Shown here in pieces: positions 19,681-33,157 of a stretch of 34,640 bases of DNA. Made by a program: the position numbers and the translations under genes. The stretch spans positions 1-34,640 of the IMG/VR virus record IMGVR_UViG_2877285697_000008; one strand, given 5' to 3'. This stretch comes from a virus (lineage: Duplodnaviria > Heunggongvirae > Uroviricota > Caudoviricetes). Below the pieces are notes generated by a model that had not been told where the DNA came from, did no database searches, and worked only from the letters and a program-made list of their open reading frames with translations. Numbering within the stretch: the first letter of the stretch is position 1; each line of letters starts with the position of its first letter.

Positions 19681-20133
19681 TTATTCCGCTGGCGGGATGG
19701 GCGTCTCTTTGGTAGGGTGTCCTTGCAAAAAATTTCCTAGCGAATCGGCGACCACCCGCGCCACCAGCTGCAGCATGACCAGCAGGTCAATATCATCAAA
19801 CATCAGTTCGCCCTGGGTAAATACCGGCACCCATCCGTCCATATGACGCCGCGACACCACCGCAAGACAGGGATGAATAATTGCACTGGTGTCATCTTCG
19901 GTCAGGGAAGACAGTTCCTCAGCGATACGCGGGAGCATGGTTTCAAACACCGGTTTTAACTGCTCGAATTTCACGGTGTCTATTTTGCCGTCAGCAGGCA
20001 AACGGGAGCGAATGCTCCCGAAATCTGACATCATTCCTGCCAGCACCGGCAGAAGTTTGCGGGTCACTTTCAGCTGGTCAAAAACGCTGAGTTTTGCCGC
20101 GCGATATTTCACGCCTTTGATTTCGAATTCCAT
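19681..20133 (-). CDS. Tail assembly chaperone (lambda G / P2 E-like)
   Basis: 150-aa ORF between the tube and tape-measure genes; a -1 frame extension of ~80 codons follows (see frameshift site). Confidence 0.7.
   Translation of the reverse strand: MEFEIKGVKYRAAKLSVFDQLKVTRKLLPVLAGMMSDFGSIRSRLPADGKIDTVKFEQLKPVFETMLPRIAEELSSLTEDDTSAIIHPCLAVVSRRHMDGWVPVFTQGELMFDDIDLLVMLQLVARVVADSLGNFLQGHPTKETPIPPAE
19726..19732 (-). promoter_or_regulatory. Candidate -1 programmed ribosomal frameshift site (slippery heptamer T_TTT_TTG)
   Basis: Minus-strand TTTTTTG near the 3' end of the chaperone ORF; the -1 frame stays open ~80 codons to a TAA at 19483-19485, just inside the tape-measure start. Confidence 0.55.
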
Positions 20134-20136
20134 GTA

Positions 20137-20577
20137 TTAAAACTCCCCGAGAACCTGGTCAATCTTGCCGCAGTCAAGCACCCACGGCATCGTATTACCG
20201 GTTTTAGCGTTGGCGTTATCCGGTTGTTTCTGGAACGCAACACTGCGTGCCGTGATGATGTCGCCGCTGACCTTGTTTCGGATCACAATAACGTTATTCC
20301 CCCATGTGGCAGAAGACTGGCTCTGTGCGTTATACGCCAGCGACAATTTTTTATTTGTCGGTGATGTCTTCAGAAGGTTAACGGTAATCGTCCCGCTTTT
20401 ATCTGCATGGAGACTGTGCATCACTTCGCCATCAGCACCGATGGTCATGGTGTTTTTAGGACCGCCCATCGCAACCACAATCCCCTCTTCAGAACTTGCC
20501 GAACCGTACCCGAGGTCAATCGAACCGGTCGGCCCGGTCAGCGTCGCAGTGACATCCATAAAAGAATAGGTAGACAT
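20137..20577 (-). CDS. Tail tube protein (Mu M / P2 FII-like)
   Basis: 146-aa ORF immediately downstream of the sheath gene. Confidence 0.75.
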   Translation of the reverse strand: MSTYSFMDVTATLTGPTGSIDLGYGSASSEEGIVVAMGGPKNTMTIGADGEVMHSLHADKSGTITVNLLKTSPTNKKLSLAYNAQSQSSATWGNNVIVIRNKVSGDIITARSVAFQKQPDNANAKTGNTMPWVLDCGKIDQVLGEF

Positions 20578-20587
20578 TCACTTCCCC

Positions 20588-21733
20588 TTAGCGAACAACG
20601 TTAATCTGTACGTCAGCGTAATGAACCGCGCCTGCAAGTTTTATTGCAGCCTGAATCACCGGAGCCTTACGGGCTTCACGTTCTGATTGTGCCTGTTCAT
20701 CCAGCGGCTGGGCGTATACGTAATAACCTTTGGGCAGCGTGTCACCTGATGACAACTGACCAAGGTCGCCACCGTTCCATACGCCCGGAGCAATCAGTCC
20801 ATTCTGAACGGCCTGATCCAGTGATTTTTCAACACTTGATAACAGTCGGGTAATACCGGCTTCACTCTGGGGTACTTTCGTGGTGCTGGTATAAAGCAGG
20901 TTATAGAGGTTGGTCTGCACATAATTCTGTAACCAGTCCAGGCCGTGGCGTTCATCAAAGAAATCGCCGTTAGCCATCACTCCCTGCTGGAGGATAGCCG
21001 TATCATTCTGGTAGTACACGAATACATTGCAGTTTTTTGCATCAAGTGCCGATGCCTGGCTGACTGTCAGTGTTTCATACCCGACACCCGGCTCCTGCTT
21101 AAACTTGAGCGTAATCGCGGTATTACTGCCATTGAAATTAACCGTGAATGCCCGGCCAAATGCAGATAACGCAGCGTATTTATTACCCGATGAATACTGA
21201 ATAAAACTGCGTGAATATCCGGCGGTTTTCAGTTTTGATGCCAAATCATCGCTGGATGCGGTCTGCAGGCATTTCTCATCGCTTGTCGTAATCGCCAGAA
21301 TACGGCTTACAGAAGAGGATTCGATCGCCGCAGCCACATTCAGCCAGTCTGCATCCGGAATATCTGCATCGTCTGCAATCCCCAGCCCATACCATGAAGT
21401 ATAATCAAGCATGGCATTCACAGCCTGCTCCAGCGTCTCAGGCGTGGCCTGTTCGCTGTCTCCCTTCGTTTTCACCCAACGACCAACAAAAACCTCCTGA
21501 GGTTTCGGTGATTGTGAGAAAAACACCTGCGCAGCCTTATATTCTGGTGATTCCACGCCAAAATCTTTTCCAATATCTTCCGCAGCAGAATAACGGCGAA
21601 TGCGCTCACTTACCGGAATGATTGTGGACGGGCCGAGAATGAGTAATGCACCAAAATTTCGCCCTGATGCTGCACGCGGCGACATGATCACATCAACATT
21701 AACAACGTTTGATACAGGCAAGCCCTGTGCCAT
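20588..21733 (-). CDS. Contractile tail sheath protein
   Basis: 381-aa ORF at the head of the tail module, followed by tube and chaperone genes. Confidence 0.8.
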   Translation of the reverse strand: MAQGLPVSNVVNVDVIMSPRAASGRNFGALLILGPSTIIPVSERIRRYSAAEDIGKDFGVESPEYKAAQVFFSQSPKPQEVFVGRWVKTKGDSEQATPETLEQAVNAMLDYTSWYGLGIADDADIPDADWLNVAAAIESSSVSRILAITTSDEKCLQTASSDDLASKLKTAGYSRSFIQYSSGNKYAALSAFGRAFTVNFNGSNTAITLKFKQEPGVGYETLTVSQASALDAKNCNVFVYYQNDTAILQQGVMANGDFFDERHGLDWLQNYVQTNLYNLLYTSTTKVPQSEAGITRLLSSVEKSLDQAVQNGLIAPGVWNGGDLGQLSSGDTLPKGYYVYAQPLDEQAQSEREARKAPVIQAAIKLAGAVHYADVQINVVR

Positions 21734-21736
21734 AGC

Positions 21737-22345
21737 TTAATCTCCGAAAAAGATGACTGGTGCTTCCACCAGCGATTTAATACCGTACTCGCGCACAACC
21801 TTCCGGCGCAGACGCACCGTCATATCGTAGCGGCGGACCCATTGCTGATTAATAAGTTCAGGGAAGGGAGTCAGACCTGTGTAATCGCCAAGAGACAGCC
21901 CCAGCGCATTCAGTGCTGCATTGTTCTGCGGCACAGATATACCGTCACGAAACCGGGACGCATACACCATCCCCGCCGGACCATAAAACGAAGCCATACA
22001 CTCAATCGTTTCATGCCGCCAGAGCTGAGAGCCATCATCGGTCTGTCTGGTGAATGCCGGACTGTCATCACCTGACCATCCGATAACCCCAAACGCACAC
22101 CAGCTCGTTTCAGCCGGTAGCAGTGGCGGCTGCTCTTTCTGCCAGCGCGGACGAACCATCCCGGCAGACAGACCGGAAACGTTACGCATCCACTGGCTTA
22201 ACAGCCTGTCGAGCGCTTCGTCATAATCCGGATCGCCACTGGTTGGTATCAGCCATCCGCACTCTGTGCTGGTGTTATTGCTCAACCGGAATTCCCCCAT
22301 CAAACGGCAGCAACTCACAATGCGCCTGAACGAATCCGGCACCAT
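21737..22345 (-). CDS. Phage structural protein, function unassigned (true start probably internal)
   Basis: ORF directly upstream of the sheath gene; the track start overlaps the upstream gene by 70 nt, a TTG about 11 nt before the upstream stop is a more plausible start. Confidence 0.4.
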   Translation of the reverse strand: MVPDSFRRIVSCCRLMGEFRLSNNTSTECGWLIPTSGDPDYDEALDRLLSQWMRNVSGLSAGMVRPRWQKEQPPLLPAETSWCAFGVIGWSGDDSPAFTRQTDDGSQLWRHETIECMASFYGPAGMVYASRFRDGISVPQNNAALNALGLSLGDYTGLTPFPELINQQWVRRYDMTVRLRRKVVREYGIKSLVEAPVIFFGD

Positions 22346-22664
22346 ACGCTGTATACGGGTCGACGAAAGTCACACGATAATCACGGCCCTGATACGTCAC
22401 GATATCGGCATCACGGCCAGTCTGTCCCTGCGTCAGTCGCTCAGTCGTCACAATCAGAATTGCACCACTGATTACCTGCCCGGCCTGCATACGACGGTTT
22501 TCCAGAGAGCGATCAACAGTAACGACTCCGGCAAACTGCTTTTTAACTTCGCTGTCGCTGCCGATCCCATCCTCATCCACCGTTTGCACACGGCGTGTTA
22601 CCCACAAATTGAAGTCGCAAAAATCGGGGTCAAAAAGCACATCTGTTACATCAAGAGTCGGCAT
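22275..22664 (-). CDS. Phage head-tail joining / tail completion-like protein
   Basis: 129-aa ORF in a tightly overlapping gene string between head and tail modules. Confidence 0.4.
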   Translation of the reverse strand: MPTLDVTDVLFDPDFCDFNLWVTRRVQTVDEDGIGSDSEVKKQFAGVVTVDRSLENRRMQAGQVISGAILIVTTERLTQGQTGRDADIVTYQGRDYRVTFVDPYTAYGAGFVQAHCELLPFDGGIPVEQ

Positions 22665-23205
22665 CTTTATCCCTCACAACATGGGTAATCGCTCTGCGAT
22701 ATTGCCCGGTGTCAATTAATGGTTTCGCCAGTTCGGTTCCCGGAGATTCGCCAGCAGCACGCCGGGCAAGTTCCAGTGTTGCCCCCTTGCGCCCCCGACG
22801 AGCCCGGGCTTCAACAGTACTGTCAGCAAGCGGCGTAAAGCCGGTAATGGTCATGTAACGCCTGACGCCATTAGCGGCCAGCGTTCCGGCACGGTTGAGC
22901 GCTCTTTCCGCACCCGCCGCATTACCATCAAGCGCAGCCTGCGCCGCTGCTTTGAGCTGCGGCACTGTCTGTTCTTCTACCGATTTAACGCCGGGGACCA
23001 GGTGAGGTCGTGGCGGGATGTTTTGCGCCGGTGAGCCGTATTCGTTGAGGTAACCGATGCCCGCATTACCAAACGGAACATCATCCCGCTCGCTGTCTTC
23101 CGAAGGGAGGCCGACCAGCACATCTTTTTTGGTTAACGACCTGAGCGCATCCAGAATGGCCTGAGCGTTATCCACCCTCGTTGTTACACCGCTTTTGAAA
23201 CTCAT
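22651..23205 (-). CDS. HK97 gp10-like head-tail / virion morphogenesis protein
   Basis: 184 aa with the motif [13 protein letters not shown], resembling the conserved L-x-DTG-x-L motif of HK97 gp10-type proteins. Confidence 0.5.
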   Translation of the reverse strand: MSFKSGVTTRVDNAQAILDALRSLTKKDVLVGLPSEDSERDDVPFGNAGIGYLNEYGSPAQNIPPRPHLVPGVKSVEEQTVPQLKAAAQAALDGNAAGAERALNRAGTLAANGVRRYMTITGFTPLADSTVEARARRGRKGATLELARRAAGESPGTELAKPLIDTGQYRRAITHVVRDKDADS

Positions 23206-23609
23206 AGCTGGCGACCGCCTGCACCGAACATCGTGATCAACTGATAAAATTCAGCGCCATATCGGGTGTTATTCCAGAAACCTGCATCAGGATTCAGCGT
23301 CGCGCTGGTGTCATAACTGACGCTTACCTTATCCACGGACTTTGAGGACTGAACACCATTGGTTGAACCGCCCGGACCACCAGCCAGCATCGCCCGGCTG
23401 TCTGCCGCCCAGAGCGTCATGTAGTGCGCAACGAACAATCCGGCAAAGTACGGAAACAACTTTTTTTCGGTGACGTTTTCGCTCAGCAGTTCATCGGCCA
23501 GATTCAGACGAAACTGGATTTGCGCTTCGGGATATTTGGCAGGGTCAGCAAACTGCGGGAAGTCGCGGCGAAAATCACTTACCGCTGGCAGACTTTGATT
23601 CTTTGGCAT
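23202..23609 (-). CDS. Phage head-tail connector-like protein
   Basis: 135-aa ORF; its start overlaps the upstream gene so the real start may lie downstream. Confidence 0.4.
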   Translation of the reverse strand: MPKNQSLPAVSDFRRDFPQFADPAKYPEAQIQFRLNLADELLSENVTEKKLFPYFAGLFVAHYMTLWAADSRAMLAGGPGGSTNGVQSSKSVDKVSVSYDTSATLNPDAGFWNNTRYGAEFYQLITMFGAGGRQL

Positions 23610-23796
23610 TTTTTACCTCGTTACGCGCGTCTGTGGCTTTGCCAACGGATACTTCCGCGTGCGCACGAGTGAACCAGTGCGTGGCAACGTCTTCCTCCAC
23701 TGCATGACGGCCTTTAACAAACTCGCGCCGCGAACCGTCGGGAAGCGTGAGCACAAACGGGGTATGTACGTGTATTACTGCATTATTTTTTGCCAT
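23575..23796 (-). CDS. Small phage structural-module protein
   Basis: 73-aa ORF with AAGGA RBS, directly after the truncated head-gene stub. Confidence 0.35.
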   Translation of the reverse strand: MAKNNAVIHVHTPFVLTLPDGSRREFVKGRHAVEEDVATHWFTRAHAEVSVGKATDARNEVKNAKESKSASGK

Positions 23797-23806
23797 CGGG
23801 TCATCC

Positions 23807-23908
23807 TTAATGGCCCCGCCAGGGGGCCATATGGCTGTTAAATGCCATCAACGTACGAAATGGTTTCTTTGTACACTGGCTCGACTGCACCCAGCTTGCC
23901 GTAGTAAG
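23807..23908 (-). pseudogene. 3' stub (33 codons) of an upstream head gene, truncated by IS911
   Basis: Open frame ...LMAFNSHMAPWRGH ends at TAA 23807-23809 and has no start; it runs straight into the IS911 end at 23909. Confidence 0.4.
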
Positions 23909-23980
23909 TGAAGTGGCACACTGAATTTGGCCACCTGAACAGAGGTGATATGCTCACCTCAGAACAACACAGGTGCTCCA

Positions 23981-25149
<1,169 letters not shown>

Positions 25150-25347
25150 CCACTTCACTTCCTGTGATTTACTGTTATCGCTGCCTGTCACAATAGGTTG
25201 CTTTAATTCTTCCTCATCACTCACTCCTGCGACGCTCCGTGGCAGGGCCCCCCACAGGAGTACCTTGTAAATGTAAGGTGTTTAAGCCTAAATTAAGTCG
25301 TATCACGGTTAAATAGCAAAGAAAAATTCACAGAAGGAAAGACATTG

Positions 25348-25857
25348 ATGGAGTGGATAAATGCTTTGATGAACTATTTTGTACTTCATCCATATCGCCT
25401 ATGGGGGCTTCTTTTTATAATAGCGTTCACAAAATCCACTTTACTCATTTCGTCGATATTGCCACCAGCATCAATTATGATGGCCACTGTAATTACAGTC
25501 AGCAAGACGACTCTTTCACCATGGGAAGCTGGAATCACGGTCATGAGTGGCGCATGGTGCGGTACTATCGTTAATTACCATCTTGGTATAATAATTGGGC
25601 ATATCCCTCAACTTGCATGTATAATATCGAGCCGTTCCAATACAATAGAACGGGTTCGCCTTCAGTTGCAAAATAACTCTGTGTCAATACTTTTCACTTC
25701 GCGCTTTATCGCCGTGCTGCGTTATATTGCTCCTTTGGTGGCAGGAATGTTGCAACTTCATCCAGTGAAAGTGTATACAGTGAGTCTGATTTCAGCTGCT
25801 AGCTGGTCAGCACTTTATGTTGGTAGTTTTAGCTTCGTGTTGCCTTTTTTTAGCTAA
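25348..25857 (+). CDS. DedA/YqaA-like small integral membrane protein
   Basis: 169 aa, multiple hydrophobic helices, Gly-rich mid-motif; AGGAAA RBS; lies in an AT-rich 853-bp segment bracketed by inverted IS911 copies. Confidence 0.5.
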   Translation: MEWINALMNYFVLHPYRLWGLLFIIAFTKSTLLISSILPPASIMMATVITVSKTTLSPWEAGITVMSGAWCGTIVNYHLGIIIGHIPQLACIISSRSNTIERVRLQLQNNSVSILFTSRFIAVLRYIAPLVAGMLQLHPVKVYTVSLISAASWSALYVGSFSFVLPFFS

Positions 25858-26018
25858 ACTGCCCATAAAAAGCTCTTGCGAATCCAGCTTCCCCCATTCC
25901 TCTGACAACAGAATCTGATTTGAAGGATAATGAGTAAAATTACCGCTACCCCCCAAGGCATTGGATCCTGATGTACTCCTGAAGCATTCTCAATGCTGTC
26001 TGGTCGCTGATGAAGTGG

Positions 26019-27187
<1,169 letters not shown>

Positions 27188-27379
27188 TGGAGCACCTGTG
27201 TTGTTCTGAGGTGAGCATATCACCTCTGTTCAGGTGGCCAAATTCAGTGTGCCACTTCAGGTTATGGCTTTTGGTATAGAGAAAAAAGTTATTGCTTTTT
27301 GACGTAAAAACTGCTTCAATTCTTGTACGCTTCGCAAAGCTGTACCGCGAGGCGAATAGCAGACATGGACATTTGAAAG

Positions 27380-27403
27380 AGCCCGCTTTATGCGGGTTTT
27401 TTT
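27380..27403 (+). terminator. Intrinsic terminator upstream of the tRNA cluster
   Basis: Stem AGCCCGC/GCGGGT(T) with loop TTTAT followed by a 7-T run. Confidence 0.55.
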
Positions 27404-27491
27404 ATACCTGAAAAACGGCACAGGACGTTAAACGTGCTGGTGGTCAGATGAGTTTGCAGATGTGATGACATATGGTTATTATTCTGCCTCC

Positions 27492-27568
27492 GGTCCTTTA
27501 GCTCAGTTGGTCAGAGCGAGCGACTCATAATCGCCAGGTCGCTGGTTCAAGTCCAGCAAGGGCCACCA
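27492..27568 (+). tRNA. tRNA with CAU anticodon (Met or lysidine-type Ile2, ileX/ileZ-like)
   Basis: Cloverleaf readable by hand: acceptor GGTCCTT/AAGGGCC, anticodon loop CTCATAA, T-arm GCTGG-TTCAAGT-CCAGC, encoded CCA. Confidence 0.8.
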
Positions 27569-27569
27569 A

Positions 27570-27646
27570 CCACCACTAGCTCATCCGGATAGAGCATCAA
27601 CCTTCTAAGTTGACGGTGCGAGGTTCGAGTCCTCGGTGGTGGGCCA
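27570..27646 (+). tRNA. tRNA-Arg (anticodon UCU)
   Basis: Acceptor CCACCAC/GTGGTGG, anticodon stem TCAAC/GTTGA with loop CTTCTAA, T-arm CGAGG-TTCGAGT-CCTCG, encoded CCA. Confidence 0.8.
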
Positions 27647-27648
27647 GC

Positions 27649-27724
<76 letters not shown>

Positions 27725-27727
27725 TAT

Positions 27728-27802
<75 letters not shown>

Positions 27803-28415
27803 GCGAGATTTGAGACGAAGGTTGTTATTTGCACTGACACAATATTGTGTGGGAATGTCTGACTCCTTACCATCTCCTGTTCTGTGATGTTGTTTTGTTG
27901 CAGTTCCAGTGCTCTTTTTTCAGCACCAGAATGGTGCATTGTCGGTCAGGTTACGTAGTGAACCTCTGGCAGGGGACTGATGATTCATCATTCTGGTGTT
28001 GTAAATATCTCTTCGGACAACTTACAAAATATTCTAAGCAAACCCCGGGAACACACTCTTAACTGCCTTGGTTGGCGGTTTTTTGTACAGCGCTCGGTAT
28101 GTGTGAGCTGGAAATCAGATTTTGCATGGACTGGAATCATGCTGTTATTTAGGGGCGAAGAACTGGCTTTTTCTTCCGCCTTCTCACCAGTAACGATTAG
28201 AAAAATAATGAAATGCCCCCCTCCGGGGAGGAGGACCGTAGAAAAAAGGACCCGCCAGCAAAAACATTGGGGATGAACAGCTTTCGCTACTCAGATTGCT
28301 GGCGGGTAAAGTTCCTCATGAATTAAGAATGCTACGCGATCTTTTTTAATGGAAATGAAAATTATTGTCAATTAGTCGTGCGTGTTTTTTCATACAATAT
28401 TGGTAAAGGTGATTC

Positions 28416-28447
28416 AGGCCATCAGAGTTTTGCTGATGGCCTTTTTT
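28416..28447 (+). terminator. Strong intrinsic terminator (tR'-like) about 35 nt upstream of the holin gene
   Basis: Perfect 10-bp stem AGGCCATCAG/CTGATGGCCT, 7-nt loop, then TTTTTT. Confidence 0.7.
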
Positions 28448-28482
28448 CTTTCCGATAGCACAGGTCTGTCGGGGGGCGGGAT

Positions 28483-28698
28483 ATGTATCAGATGGAAAAA
28501 ATATCAACAGGCATTGCCTACGGCACCTCCGCCGGCAGTGCCGGCTACTGGTTTTTGCAGTGGTTGGATCAGGTCAGTCCATCACAGTGGGCTGCGATTG
28601 GTGTGCTGGGAAGTCTGCTTCTGGGGCTTCTGACTTATCTGACGAATCTGTATTTCAAAATAAGAGAAGATAAGCGTAAGGCTGCGAGAGGTGAATAA
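28483..28698 (+). CDS. S: Class II holin / pinholin (phage 21 S21-like), dual-start motif
   Basis: 71 aa, [71 protein letters not shown], recalled as very close to phage 21 pinholin; Met1 and Met4 starts. Confidence 0.85.
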   Translation: MYQMEKISTGIAYGTSAGSAGYWFLQWLDQVSPSQWAAIGVLGSLLLGLLTYLTNLYFKIREDKRKAARGE

Positions 28699-29195
28699 TG
28701 TCGCCATCATTACGCAAGGCTGTTGCAGTTGCTATTGGTGGCGGGGCTGTTGCTATAGCATCTGTGTTAATCACTGGCCCAGGTGGTAACGATGGTCTGG
28801 AAGGTGTCAGCTACATACCATACAAAGATATCATTGGTGTATGGACTGTATGTCACGGACACACCGGAAAAGACATCATGCCTGGTAAAACGTATACCGA
28901 AGCAGAATGCAAAGCTCTCCTGAATAAAGACCTTGCCACTGTCGCCAGACAAATTAACCCGTACATCAAAGTCGATATACCGGAAACAACGCGCGGCGCT
29001 CTTTACTCGTTCGTTTACAACGTGGGCGCTGGCAATTTCAGAACATCGACGCTTCTTCGCAAAATAAACCAGGGCGATATCAAAGGCGCATGTGACCAGC
29101 TACGTCGCTGGACATATGCTGGCGGTAAGCAATGGAAAGGGCTGATGACCCGTCGTGAGATTGAGCGTGAAGTCTGTTTGTGGGGGCAGCAATGA
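28698..29195 (+). CDS. R: SAR endolysin (T4-lysozyme-like muramidase, phage 21 R-like)
   Basis: 165 aa; N-terminal signal-anchor-release segment ([18 protein letters not shown]) followed by a Glu/Asp/Thr catalytic region; start overlaps the holin stop. Confidence 0.85.
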   Translation: MSPSLRKAVAVAIGGGAVAIASVLITGPGGNDGLEGVSYIPYKDIIGVWTVCHGHTGKDIMPGKTYTEAECKALLNKDLATVARQINPYIKVDIPETTRGALYSFVYNVGAGNFRTSTLLRKINQGDIKGACDQLRRWTYAGGKQWKGLMTRREIEREVCLWGQQ

Positions 29196-29609
29196 GCAGA
29201 GTCACCGCGATTATCTCCGCTCTGGTTATCTGCATCATCGTCTGCCTGTCATGGGCTGTTAATCATTACCGTGATAACGCCATTACCTACAAAGAGCAGC
29301 GCGACAAAAACGCAAGAGAACTGAAGCTGGCGAACGCAACCATTACTGACATGCAGCAGCGCCAGCGTGCTGCTGATGCACTCGATGCTAAATACACGAA
29401 GGAGTTAGCCAATGCGAAAGCTGAAAATGATGCTCTTCGGCGCAAGCTTGATAATGGTGGTTGGGTGCTCGTCAAAGGAAAATGCCCTGTGCCATCCTCA
29501 GCCGAAACCTCCAGCGCCTCCGGCATGGGCAATGATGCCACCGTCGAACTCTCTCCAGTTGCTGGACGAAACGTTCTCGGTATCCGGGACGGAATCATCA
29601 TGAAGTGGC
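29192..29609 (+). pseudogene. Rz: Rz i-spanin, C-terminally truncated by IS911
   Basis: [34 protein letters not shown]... matches the lambda Rz N-terminus; native reading ends at the IS911 junction (29609/29610) and the last ~30 residues of the track ORF are IS-encoded. Confidence 0.8.
29412..29603 (+). CDS. Rz1: Rz1 o-spanin lipoprotein, embedded in the +1 frame of Rz
   Basis: Lipobox LIMVVGCSS and Pro-rich mature region ([16 protein letters not shown]), as in lambda Rz1. Confidence 0.75.
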   Translation: MRKLKMMLFGASLIMVVGCSSKENALCHPQPKPPAPPAWAMMPPSNSLQLLDETFSVSGTESS

Positions 29610-29681
29610 TGAAGTGGCACACTGAATTTGGCCACCTGAACAGAGGTGATATGCTCACCTCAGAACAACACAGGTGCTCCA

Positions 29682-30850
<1,169 letters not shown>

Positions 30851-30858
30851 CCACTTCA

Positions 30859-31635
30859 CATCCAGTGGCGGTGTTCTCCCGCCAGGCTCCAGGCATTTAA
30901 CAGTCCCAGTGAGTAATAACCTTTATCCATTAACGTCAGAGTGTTATCGCCGGTTTGTTCTATAAGTTGCTCAGCAAGCTCATTTTCGCTGTTCTTCATC
31001 GTGCCGAAGGCTGCAGCCGTCAGCAGATGGCTGGTCAGTTCCATCTGGCAGACCATTTTGACCTGCGGGTAGAGCGCCGGGTTCCCGGCATGTGTCTGGC
31101 GGGGGAAGGCTGCATCGTTCTCTGGTGTATCCGGTGTGCGCCAGAACACACCATCGATGGCCAGCAGGGTCAGGCCGCACCAGTGCGGATGCGGCGTGGC
31201 GTTATGCCAGAGCTGCGCTGTTTTCGTGAACACGCGGCGGACAGCCTCACTTCCCAGGCGCTGGCGGGCCTGAATAACGGCACTGGGGGCAACGAAGGGG
31301 CGATTGCCCGGCAGCATGATGTCCAGGCGATTCACAATCTGGTGAAGAGGTTCTTTACGCTCAAGCGCCATGCCAACAATACACCAGACCATCATTTCGA
31401 GGGGAAGACGGCGCTTGCGTAGCGTTACAGTACCTGATTCGGCAAGGCAACGAGAGATGAGTTCGGGGTCGAGGTAATCCCCCAGAGAAGTCAGTGGGTT
31501 ACGCAGAGAATCGTAACGGGATACCAGATCAAGAGCCTGTCCAATGTGCATAAAAAAATCCGGAAACAAGTGAGCGTTTCCGGATTCTTACACAGCCACT
31601 GGATCGGTCAACTGATCCTTAACTGATCGGCATTA
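30859..31635 (-). mobile_element. IS4, partial copy (777 bp, transposase N-terminal 231 codons only)
   Basis: Collinear with 4627-5403 of the complete copy, same terminus ...GGCATTA at 31635; the other side is replaced by IS911 copy 3. Confidence 0.85.
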
Positions 31636-31727
31636 TCCGTCAGAAGTCCATTACAAAAATAAAATAACACAGCACCGCTCTTCCTGAGGTGTACTGGCAA
31701 TAGCGGACACTATCATTTGTTCTTTTT

Positions 31728-32546
31728 TTAAGCAGCCATCTGATGATATTTTTCCCTGAAGGCTGCCGGGGAGATATTCCCCAGACGAGAGTGACGACGC
31801 TGACGATTGTAGAAAATCTCAATGTATTCCCGTATTACTGAGATGGCTTCATCCCGGTTATTAAAACGATAGTGGCTCAGGCTCTCATTTTTCAGCGTTC
31901 CCCAGAAGCTTTCCATCGGAGCGTTGTCGTAACAGTTACCTTTACGCGACATTGATGTTTTCAGACCAAACTGCTCCTGTATGACCCGGTAATCGTATGC
32001 GCAGTACTGTGAACCTCGATCAGAGTGGTGGATTAGCCCGGCAGGTGGGCGCTGGCTCCTGAGCGCCATAAACAGGGCTTTACCTGTCAGCTCTTTTGTC
32101 ATGCGCTCTCCCATGGCGTAGCCGACAATTTCGCACGTATAAACATCTTTGATGCCAGCGAGGTACAACCATCCCTCCTGTGTGGCAACATACGTCAGGT
32201 CCGCCACCCAGACCTGATTTGGTGCTGTAGGAGCGAACGTCTGGTTCAGCAGATTTGGCGCAACTGGCAGATTGTGGTTCGGGTTCGTAGTCGCTCTGAA
32301 CTTGCGTTTCTGCTTACAGCGTAGCCTTAGCTCCTTACGAAGACGTGCCAGTCGGTCACGACCAACGATGATGCCATTCTCTGCCAGCTCCGTCTGGAGC
32401 CGCCGGGTTCCATATGTTTCGCGAGTGCGGATATGTGCCACCTTAATCTCCAGTTTTAGCCGCTCATCACTTTGTTTTCTGTCTGAGGGTTCATGCTGTA
32501 CCCAGTTGTAATAACCGCTCCTGGATACACCAAATACCTGACACAT
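31728..32546 (-). CDS. IS600 OrfB
   Basis: Identical protein to 6682-7500. Confidence 0.9.
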   Translation of the reverse strand: MCQVFGVSRSGYYNWVQHEPSDRKQSDERLKLEIKVAHIRTRETYGTRRLQTELAENGIIVGRDRLARLRKELRLRCKQKRKFRATTNPNHNLPVAPNLLNQTFAPTAPNQVWVADLTYVATQEGWLYLAGIKDVYTCEIVGYAMGERMTKELTGKALFMALRSQRPPAGLIHHSDRGSQYCAYDYRVIQEQFGLKTSMSRKGNCYDNAPMESFWGTLKNESLSHYRFNNRDEAISVIREYIEIFYNRQRRHSRLGNISPAAFREKYHQMAA

Positions 32547-32581
32547 CGCTTCAATGGGAAATTGTTGTCGCCATTGTTCGA

Positions 32582-32884
32582 TTAACGCGTATTTTTCAGC
32601 GACTCCTGTGCAAAATACGCTGTTGCTTTTTTTAATATATCTCGCTCAAGGCGAGCTTCATTTAACGCCTTACGCAGTTGCAGAATTTCAGATTCCAGTT
32701 CAGCCACCGTGCGGGAACCAGGAGTACCGAGCCCTTTTCTGGCGGCGGTAACCCATTGTCCTAAAGTGCCTTCAGGAAGGGATAATCGGGAAGCGCCTTC
32801 ACTGATCGAAAGTTGATTTTCAAGAACCGTTCTGACAGCTTCGGCTTTGAACTCTTTAGAGTAACGTTGGGTTTTTCTGCTCAT
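32582..32884 (-). CDS. IS600 OrfA
   Basis: One substitution relative to copy 1 (TVLENQ versus TVPENQ). Confidence 0.9.
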   Translation of the reverse strand: MSRKTQRYSKEFKAEAVRTVLENQLSISEGASRLSLPEGTLGQWVTAARKGLGTPGSRTVAELESEILQLRKALNEARLERDILKKATAYFAQESLKNTR

Positions 32885-33157
32885 TATTAGCTCCTTCTGA
32901 TGCCATTCTATTTCAGGAAGGAGTGTCCGTTAAACTCAGGCTACCTCAGTTAATGAGGCTATTGCGGCAAATATGGAATTATTATCCACGCAACATATAA
33001 GCTTACTGGATAGAATAAAAGGTAATAGCGTAACATTATTCTGCGAGCTGATATTAAATTTCAGAAATGAAATAGAGCGTAGACAATTAAGCACAAACAC
33101 CAGGTAATGCTGCCAACTTACTGATTTAGTGTATGATGGTGATTTTAAGGTGCTTGC

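Larger units (their letters stand above)
31685..32948 (-). mobile_element. IS600, copy 2 (1264 bp)
   Basis: Same termini as copy 1; flanks are TCC on the left and GTT on the right, so no intact target-site duplication. Confidence 0.9.

Noticed and set aside
23810-23830. Palindrome ATGGCCCC-GCCAG-GGGGCCAT at the end of the truncated head-gene stub
   Set aside because: It lies inside the coding stub and is not followed by a U-run on either strand; most likely coincidental or a weak attenuator, not separately supportable.
27837-27850. 14-bp perfect palindrome ACACAATATTGTGT as a stand-alone operator site
   Set aside because: One or two perfect 14-bp palindromes are expected by chance in about 35 kb; kept only as part of the leader finding.
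27847-28276. Overlapping small ORFs (27847-28062, 27980-28276) in the leader between the tRNAs and the holin, and whether stx-like toxin genes are present there
   Set aside because: No RBS, odd composition and mutually overlapping frames; the ~680-bp interval is too short for a toxin operon and no A or B subunit-like signal peptide ORF is present.
28361-28398. Late promoter pR' candidate (TTGTCA ... TACAAT) upstream of the tR'-like terminator
   Set aside because: Spacer is 22 nt for TACAAT and the alternative -10 TTTCAT is poor; a promoter here is plausible by analogy but the sequence alone does not support a confident call.
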